64,000 bases of DNA from Eledone cirrhosa. Taxonomy: Eukaryota. Positions 55,595 to 64,000 of the stretch are shown here, piece by piece (positions within the stretch are counted from its first letter, which is position 1; the number at the start of each line of letters is the position of its first letter). Both the position numbers and the translations under genes were made by a program. Location of the stretch: positions 45,756,001 to 45,820,000 of the forward strand of contig OZ024750.1 in assembly GCA_964016885.1 (NCBI GenBank), written 5' to 3'. The notes beneath the pieces were generated by a model, which was not told where the DNA came from, made no database searches, and was given only the letters and a program-made list of their open reading frames with translations.

Positions 55595-56550
55595 ACAGAC
55601 AGACAGAGAGACATGACTGTGTGAATGTGTGTATTTTAATATTTGTGAGAGTTTGTTATGTGGTTATAGGTCCGCATGTCATAATATTTTCACACGTATT
55701 AGTAACCATTGGTAAATTAAATATGGTGGCCGCCGGCTGTATAAAGGTGCAGGGATTGTTGTTAGAAATGTCATTTTATAGATGATGATGAAGATGATGA
55801 TGCTGATCATGATGGTTAATTCGATGATGTCGATGATGATGATGATAGTGATGATAAAAATAGTGGCGATGATAATGGCGACGACAACGAAGCCGATAAT
55901 TTCTAGCTCTTGAGGTGTGTGAATAACAAAAATAACAAGAATAACTTCGACAGCACATGATGATGATGATGATGTTGATGATGATGATTATGATGATGAT
56001 GAAATATGATGATGATGTTCATAATGATTGTACAATTTCAATAACAATAAGAAATAGAGAAAGAAAAGAATTACACTATACACCGGAACATCTATTTCCT
56101 TCAACTTCCGGCAATGGTCGCCAACATTTGAGAGCCACGAGAAATCAATTGCTTTTTATCTGTTAGAATAGCAAGCACAATATAGTCAATCTGGACTGCT
56201 GCTCCTATCAATAGATAACCTATCAGCTTTATTTTCCGCCATTTCCGTCCTTTGTGATCGATCATTGAAAAATAAGCTCTCCAGTTCTGAGAGGTGGTAG
56301 TATCAAAAATAATTTTGTTTCGTTTTGTTATACTTTTTAGAGCATTATCTTGTGCTTTTCTTTTAATATCGTGCATTGTTTTCTTTTCTTCGTGCGATAC
56401 ATCTTTTATACAAGTGCGAAAAGGATATAAAATACCTGGAAATATTTTTCGAGAAGCGCAAATTGCAACTGTTGTTATAAGTATATATGTATGTATTCAT
56501 GTGTGTATATATGTATGTATGTGTGTACGTATGTATGTATATATGAATAT

Positions 56551-56931
56551 AGGCAGGATTCTAGGAGAAGGAAAACTCTGATATAACACCTGCAACCCTG
56601 ATGGTATCCAATGATGTTGACTTGTTCTTCTTTTTGGTAAATATCATCTTGGTTAAGAGAGTGGGACTGGCTTTGTGCAATGCCTTTGCTCACTATAAAA
56701 GCTTCACGGCACAGGCATTACTTTATATCTGGAGATCTCTCTGCACTTGTCGTACATGGTAGCATGGGCCCAGCACTAAGTGTCAATAATTGTCACAAGT
56801 GTAGTGTTTGTACCAGAGTTTTCAAGTCGCTGGCTGGACTAAAAAGTCACACACGTTCAGCGCATCGGTAGGGGTTCTCCTACATGGATATAAAGTAGTG
56901 GCCGTACTCGAAAACGAGTTGGCAGCCACCA
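56551..56931 (+). mobile_element. Probable internally deleted RTE derivative (5'UTR-like part plus C-terminal C2H2 finger plus 3' hairpin) in (TATG)n
   Basis: ctaggagaaggaaaactctga motif; CSVCTRVFKSLAGLKSHTRSAH; terminal hairpin gtggc..actcg aaaa cgagt..gccac; (TATG)n on both sides. Confidence 0.55.
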
Positions 56932-57597
56932 TATATGTATGTAGGTATGTGTGTACGTATGTATGTATTTACGTGTGAATGTATGCATGTATGTATGCAT
57001 GTATGTGTGAACATATGTATGTTTATGTAATTATGTATGCATGTATGTGTGAACGTATGTATGTTTCTGTGCGTATGCATGTGTATGTGTTTCTTTGTAT
57101 GTATGTATGTATGCATATGCGAATATATATATGCTTGTGTGTAAGCATGTATGTATTTATGTATGTATGTAAGTATGTGTAAGCATGTATGTATATGTAT
57201 GCATGTATGTATATATGACTGTATATATGTTTGGGTGTATGCATGTATGTATTTATGTATGTATGTATGAACGTTTGTATGTATGTTTGCGTGTGTGTAT
57301 ATATGTATGTATGTTTGTATGTATGTATGTGTGTATCTATATATGCATATATATTATATTTGTAATGAATCTTCATGTCTCCAAATACGCAATACAAAAT
57401 AGATAATATGTAAGCTTATTAGTCTATATATATGTTTAAATACACCATTCGGAACCCAATTTATCTGTATGTGTATAGCCATATACATATACATATATAT
57501 GTATATATATATATATATGTGTGTGTGTATATATGTATGTGTGTGTGTGTGTGTGAGTGTGTTTGTGTGTGTGTGCATATATATATATATATATATA

Positions 57598-58547
57598 TCA
57601 ACCTTGTTACGTTTCGGCCAGTATTGACTCAGGCCATGTCTAACTTAATAGCACCAACGAGCGAAGTGTTTCAAGTCAGGATTTGGATACCAAGGTCCTC
57701 TCAAATAGAGAGTCATCGTTTACAGAGACATATCTGGGTGTAGGAGGTTTATCCAGGAATTTTTGAAGCAATTTGTCCAAACACTTCTTGAAATTTATGG
57801 AGTCTGTTTGCTTGTTTTTATTTTTTATGTGTGCGTGTTTTGGTGTAATTTTAAAGAGAGCGGGGCCAATTGGGGTGAAATAATTGTGCCGTATTATTGT
57901 TATGAGATGCGAGTGTGATTTCTGTTGGGGGCGGATAACTATGTCCGATATAGTGTGTTGGGTATTAACATCACTGATACAGCCCATATCGGCCATATCA
58001 GGATTGCTCAAATGAGAGCAGCATACTTTCTGCAGCATCTCACCCATGGTTTTGTCATCATCTTGGAGTGTGCCATTTTCAACGACTAGAGGGCCAACAG
58101 TGAAAACAGTGTCCTTGTATTTTTTCACAAATGAAGAGAACAATTTAGGGTTGAGTTTGATTTTCACGATGGCCCATTTCTCCTCAGCTGTTCCTTGGTT
58201 ATTGATGATGGTCTTCATGCATTGTTGGAGGTTACATTTTTTTTATTCAAGCCGTCGAATGTGTGTGTGTTGCTGTTGGCAGTATTTTAATTTGTTAACT
58301 TGTTATGTGTTTTTTTTTATTTTTCTGAAATATAGTTTTTTTCTGTTTTGGGGGATTCTGTACTTAGTTTTGTTCACAGATCTTGGTGGGGGGTGTTTTG
58401 CACTTATGTTTGTCACTGTCTCTACAAACTTCTGCAAAGATGCTTTGATGTTGGTGTAAATGTGGACGTGTGCAAAAGACCAGTCAACAAGTGATAGCTC
58501 GTTCATGATTGCATTCCAGTTGGCCTCATACAGATACATGTTATCAA
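57598..58547 (-). pseudogene. CR1-group LINE remnant with the RT core deleted
   Basis: ANWNAI...LVDWS; KLNPKLFSSFVK...VGPLV (tether region) fused near 57925 to the C-terminus IGPALFKITPKH...FKKCLDKLL...DKPPTPRY; 3' stem-loop GGCC..GGCC. Confidence 0.7.
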
Positions 58548-58572
58548 ATATATATATATATACACACGCGCG

Positions 58573-58655
<83 letters not shown>

Positions 58656-58670
58656 AATTGTATGTATGTA

Positions 58671-58716
<46 letters not shown>

Positions 58717-58719
58717 AAC

Positions 58720-58753
<34 letters not shown>

Positions 58754-58810
58754 TCATACATACATACAATTACATATATATATATATATATATGAATGTG
58801 TCTATAAAAT

Positions 58811-58904
<94 letters not shown>

Positions 58905-59214
58905 TATGTGTGACACAACTCTCAGTTATGATAAAGAGACAGTCATTCAACTCATCTAAACTCATTCGTTTATATCAGTTTAACAGGAACACAGAAATTC
59001 CTTCCGAAAAATATAATTGTTATGGAAAAGCTTTATATCTTGTTTCCCTGCTTAGAGGATGTCTACTCGATTAAAGTATCTCCATAAGTATCACAACCAA
59101 TTATGTTGTCATTTACATTGATTTAATTGTTTCAGGCCAGCATTGGGAATCGTTAGATATTTTGATGCGAAATCCATATTATATAATTTATTTTTTTGTC
59201 ATAGTTATTACTGC

Positions 59215-59262
<48 letters not shown>

Positions 59263-59396
59263 GTTATTCCGGGTTGAATCGGAGGTAACCACAGTAAGTA
59301 AGGTACTCAATACATTGCAGAGTATAAAAGTTTTAATATAGTCCTGTAGAATCTCATCTATATTAAAACCTATATATATATATATATATATATATA

Positions 59397-60011
59397 TAAG
59401 TATGTACACGTACATACATATATGTATACAGACGTACAGTAGTATGTATATATATATACATACATGCACACATATATATATATGCACGTATCGATTCACC
59501 GAACATTTATTATAATGCTCGGTGTGTTTGTAAACAGACATCCCGTATTAAGCCGTAGTGTCTAGCAACCACGGTTGCTCGTTTGTTCAACACTGACAAA
59601 GGAACGCTGTACTAGTTTCAAGCTTATTAGCTATCGTCAGCAACGTATACCTTCGTGCCAGATTGTTGAAGTATATACGTTCAACAATCTTTCACGAAGG
59701 TATACGTTGCTGACGATAGCTAACAAGCTTGAAACTAGTACAGCGTTCCTTTGTCAGTGTTGAACAAACGAGCAACCGTGGTTGCTAGACACTACGGCTT
59801 AATACGGGATGTCTGTTTACAAACACACCGAGTATTATAATAAATGTTCGGTGAATCCATACGTGCATATATATATATGTGTGCATGTATGTATATATAT
59901 ATACATACTACTGTACGTCTGTATACATATATGTATGTACGTGTACATACTTATATTTAAGTAACAGCCGTACTAAGAGTGGGAAATGAGATATCGTTTC
60001 ATTTTTTCCGT
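59397..60011. mobile_element. Family D fold-back (~275-bp arms, 9-nt spacer) with two HHRs
   Basis: Arms ~59394-59670/59680-59956, then family tail and (TA)n. Confidence 0.9.
59704..59746 (+). ncRNA. Minimal type-I hammerhead ribozyme (family D)
   Basis: ACGUUG-CUGACGA-u-AGCU aaca AGCU-u-GAAA-CUAG-UA-CAGCGU; palindromic stem III ACUAGU; mirror on minus 59604-59646. Confidence 0.8.
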
Positions 60012-60097
60012 GTATATATATATATATTATAAAGTAAAAGGAGACTGGACTGGTGTCAATTCTTGATAGATTTATTATTATAATTATTATTATTATT

Positions 60098-61347
60098 TGC
60101 ATTTATCTTGCTTTATGTTTATACGAGTTATCACCAAGTCACAACCAGTGACCCCAAGAGACAACAAGGTCCGCCATGTTCAAGAAAGAACACACATATT
60201 CACACATGCATCCTTAGTGTTTAGACTTGTGATGTACTTATATTGACAGGATCTTCCTTAGTATATGGGCAGTTCCCATTAGTACTATCTTTTGTATTTC
60301 TCCTATACGCGGGTTTCCTGGGATTTGCGATAAGTAATCATAGACCCCTTAGGTATCATTCCCAGAGCGCCTACAACCACTGGTATTGTTTTAGTTCTCA
60401 ATTTCCACATTTTTCCAATTTCTATCTCCAGGCCCTTATACTTGCTCAATTTTTCAAATGTTTTTATAGATACATTCTTGTCTATTGGAACAGACATATC
60501 AATTAGCAGGCATACCCTCCTTTGAAAGTCCTTCAATATTATATCAGGTCTATTTGCATCTATTTTTCGGTCTGTTTCGATGCTAAAGTTCCACAAGATT
60601 GAGATGTGATCTTTTTCAAGTATGGGAGGTGGTTGATGCTCCCACCAATTCTTTTGATGGGGCAGGTCAAAATGCTTACACATTATCCAATGTATGTATT
60701 GTGCAGCTCTGTCATGCCTGTTTAGGTATTCGGTTGGAGCTATAGGACTGCACATTGAAATTATATGGTCAATGGTCTCTGGTTGTTTTTTGCATACACG
60801 GCATAATGGGCTGCACCCATTTTTTTATTATGTTGGCTTGGTAATTTTTTGTTGGCAGACACTGATCTTGTGCGGATATAATCAGTCCTTCAGTCTCCGA
60901 TTTCAGTCCAGAGGATGCCAACCACTGATGGGTTAAAGTTTTGTCAACATCAGGATTGTTAGCTCGCTCTGGGTATTTACCATACAGAGGCTTTTCTTGC
61001 CATTTCTTAGCCAGTTTCTGTAGCAGTTCTTTCTTTGCAGTTACTTTTACCTGCTTTGCTTTTTCTGTGTTTTCCATTTCAGCAGTAAATAGGACTTCTG
61101 AAATTTGTAGTCCATTACTGTATCTTTGTGCATCTTTTGTAATGGAATATGATCTTTTGGTGCTTTCGTGTTTCAAAACGAGTTTGATCATCCAATCATG
61201 TGATTCCCTTAGATATGTGGATAATCCAATTGTTGCAGTTTTCAACGCAATGTCTAACTGGATTAACCCACGTCCTCCTTCTTTCCTAGGGAGATATATT
61301 CTATCTATGTCTGCCTTAGGGTGATGCATTCTGTGCATGGTTAAGAA
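60098..61347 (-). pseudogene. 5'-truncated R4/Dong-like non-LTR retrotransposon (RT thumb, CCHC knuckle, RLE endonuclease) in (TAA)n
   Basis: HPKADIDRIYLPRKEGGRGL; ETEGLIISAQDQ; CRVC...ETIDHIISMC...RHD; NRPDII...LIDMSVP...EKLSKY. Frameshifts near 60820 and 60340; (TAA)n on both sides. Confidence 0.92.
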
Positions 61348-61367
61348 TTATTATTATTATTATTATT

Positions 61368-61650
61368 GTTCTTTGAGTCTCAGTCATTGATGTTAGTTAA
61401 CTGGAAAGTTTGTTGAAATGAATATCAAGCCACTACCTGCAGCCTCAGATATTCAGGACGTATCGGAGGGTTTTTGCTGTTCCCAGCAAGCATGCTTTTG
61501 AAGCGTTCCAAAAAGCGTGGTGAGGCCAATTTTCTTTAACCATCCCTGGAAACCTTTTGAGATAGTACCTTGTGCGCCTATGACAATCAGGACCACTTTC
61601 ACTTCATGGCAGTTCCAAATCCTTTTTACCTCCCACTTTAAGTCCTGGTA
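61368..61650 (-). pseudogene. Second R4/Dong-like 3' fragment, different family
   Basis: YQDLKWEVKRIWNCHEVKVVLIVIGAQGTI; bounded by (TAA)n 61347-61367 and 61650-61705. Confidence 0.8.
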
Positions 61651-61684
61651 ATTATTATTATTATTATTATTACTATTATTATTG

Positions 61685-61716
<32 letters not shown>

Positions 61717-61953
61717 ATAATAAAAATAATAATTCTATTTTTCTCAACCTGATTAGTTTCTTCGTTACTTTGATATGTATTGTGTGTTAGTTTAGCCCAC
61801 CACAATGTCCGATTTGTCAAGCTATTTAAACGTATGTTATAACTCTGAGACCTATCTTATTGAGTGCTTTGCTAACCCATCACTTCATATAAGTAGGCCG
61901 AATTACTTGCAAACCGCCAGAGATTCGATTTTACTGATTTCCAATTATATATA

Positions 61954-61989
<36 letters not shown>

Positions 61990-62259
61990 AAGAATGAACA
62001 GTAACATGGTTGGCTGTACAACAATGAAACAATTGAAAATACCTGAAATAAAGCCACTTATTGTACAGCCAACCATATTACACTTCACTCTTTCACTATT
62101 ATTACTCCAAGTATAACCTGCATAGGAATTCCAGCGAACTCGCTGCCTAACTATGGAAACATCTTGTTGAGTCAAACAAAGCCGTACGTTAAAACTATCC
62201 ACGACACAGAGTATTGTCAACCTCTAGCTGGATTGCCTATAACGATAACTTGTTATCCC

Positions 62260-62291
<32 letters not shown>

Positions 62292-62398
62292 GTAATAGGA
62301 AAAAGTATACTTTTTCCTATTACCCACTCTACTACCCTAAGTATTGAGTACTCTGGTGCGTTATGGTCCATCTGGTTCCTTATCACAATTCCTTCGTT
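62292..62398 (+). mobile_element. Family A short copy with miniature fold-back
   Basis: gtaataggaaaaagtatactttttcctattac perfect palindrome plus family tail. Confidence 0.82.
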
Positions 62399-62720
62399 AT
62401 ATATATATATATGGAGATGTGTGTGTGTGTGTTTGTATATTTGCGTATATTTTTCGGGACGCGTTTGTGCATGTGTGAGTGTGGGTACGTGTTTGTGCAT
62501 GTGTGTGTGCGCATGTGTGAGTGTAGGGACGCATGTATATGTGTGTGTTTGTATTTGCATGTAGGCGCACATATTACATAGTATGTGACAGTATATGTGT
62601 TTGTATATATACATATACTTTTTTTTATTTTCCCCTTTACATTATGTCCGTTATTTTATTTCAGCCTCGCTTTCAATTGTCCTAATTGAAATTCATATCT
62701 CACTTCCATTTTAAATAAAA

Positions 62721-62793
62721 TTCATTCTGACGATTGAAGGCAGACTTCTATACCAAGCTCCTCTGTGTCTTCGTGAAACCTTTAGTAAATGAA
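62721..62793 (+). ncRNA. Type-I hammerhead ribozyme (singleton family)
   Basis: UUCAUU-CUGACGA-uUGAAGGCA(...)UGUCUUCGu-GAAA-C cuuua G-UA-AAUGAA; perfect 6-bp stem I, GUA site. Confidence 0.78.
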
Positions 62794-62836
62794 ATAATTA
62801 TCTTATGTTGATTATTGCATAACTATATATACACTC

Positions 62837-62899
<63 letters not shown>

Positions 62900-62911
62900 T
62901 ATATATATATA

Positions 62912-63135
62912 TTTTTAAATTTCTGTTGCAAGTTAACAGATATTGTTATACTTTGGGAGGGTCATGCTGCCAATAAAAACACATGCACCTGTTGGTTTTC
63001 ACTTCAATTTATTACAAATATCCGCTTAGTTGGTTGGTTCGTTAACCGCAAGATTGTTTATGTATTGTGAAAGTTCTTTCGTCACACATTCCGTGACCTC
63101 CTCCGTGACTAGATTTTTATGTTGTGTCCCTCCTT
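62912..63135 (-). mobile_element. Family B copy with mutated HHR
   Basis: Homology to 1760-1960; core reads CGGAGGA. A further fragment lies at 63470-63590. Confidence 0.75.
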
Positions 63136-63147
63136 TGTTCTGGCCTG

Positions 63148-63192
<45 letters not shown>

Positions 63193-64000
63193 TAAAGTTA
63201 GTACTTCATCAGTGATCTTCCAACCATCATTGGTATTTCATCGCTTTAAAGACCATATACCTCCGGTTGTAGCGAGCAACGGCTAGAAAAAGTCGTTGGG
63301 ACACGTAAAGGGGACACGAGTGTAAACAAACAAAGATGGTGAAGAAACGAAAAGTGAGGAAGAAGGAGTCAAGTGCCAAACTTCTATGAATATAAATTCG
63401 GTGAAATCGTGAACGAGAGAGGATAAAGACCATCAAACCTGGTTGGAATATATATGTATAATCCGTTTTTTAATTTGTTTTGCGAGATGTCTTAACTGAA
63501 AACGTGTGTTGAAACAGATACTGTTATACTTTGGGGGTGTCATGTTGCCAATAAAATCACACGTACCGGGGTTTTCTCTACAAATTATTAGGTTGTTGAT
63601 TTCTTTGGGACATTATCCCCATAAACTTGCTCCAGAGTGTCAATGATTTGGCTGCTCTGCCACCCTAGCTTCACCATGAATTTTATGTTTTGATTGAGGT
63701 CATGTTGTTTGAGTTCTTCCGACTGGCGGCGCCGCGTTGCAACATGCATTTAAGGGATGATGCTAGAACATGTTATAACACGTTAGTACGAGAGCATACA
63801 GGTTTATTGAGATCAAAATCCCTGTGTTTGATTGTCAGCTATGAACTTTTTTCCACGAACTTTTTGAAGCCCCCTAGTATATAAATTCCCTTTCTAATGT
63901 CAACGATAGGAGTTACAGGACTCCAAATGTTGCATGGGTTTCTCAAGTTCTGGACTCTCAAGCTAAATCATGTTGAATTCAAAGCATAGAGCTATTGCAA

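Noticed and set aside
56680-56871. Host C2H2 zinc-finger gene
   Set aside because: Single finger, no TGEKP linkers, followed by stop, hairpin and microsatellite tail as in RTE C-termini.

Overview
Very AT-rich, microsatellite-saturated animal DNA with no recognisable host protein-coding exon. It is probably intronic or intergenic. The SINE and repeat content resembles an octopod cephalopod (inference only). Almost all listed ORFs are (TA)n/(CA)n/triplet-repeat artefacts. Real coding remnants are decayed retrotransposons: RTE LINEs (several families), R4/Dong-like and CRE-like RLE-endonuclease elements, a CR1-group LINE and Penelope-like (PLE, GIY-YIG) fragments. There are also tRNA-derived SINE clusters, Helitron-like elements and a 46-bp minisatellite. 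The main unexpected signal is a dense population of short non-coding elements lodged in (TA)n runs. By eye they carry about 30 type-I hammerhead ribozyme (HHR) motifs, intact or decayed, from at least a dozen unrelated families. They occur as fold-back palindromes that often break at HHR stem II, or as terminally redundant ~485-545-nt units, one with two HHRs 495 nt apart (retrozyme/circRNA-like). All folds were derived by hand; no ribozyme activity or database match has been tested.
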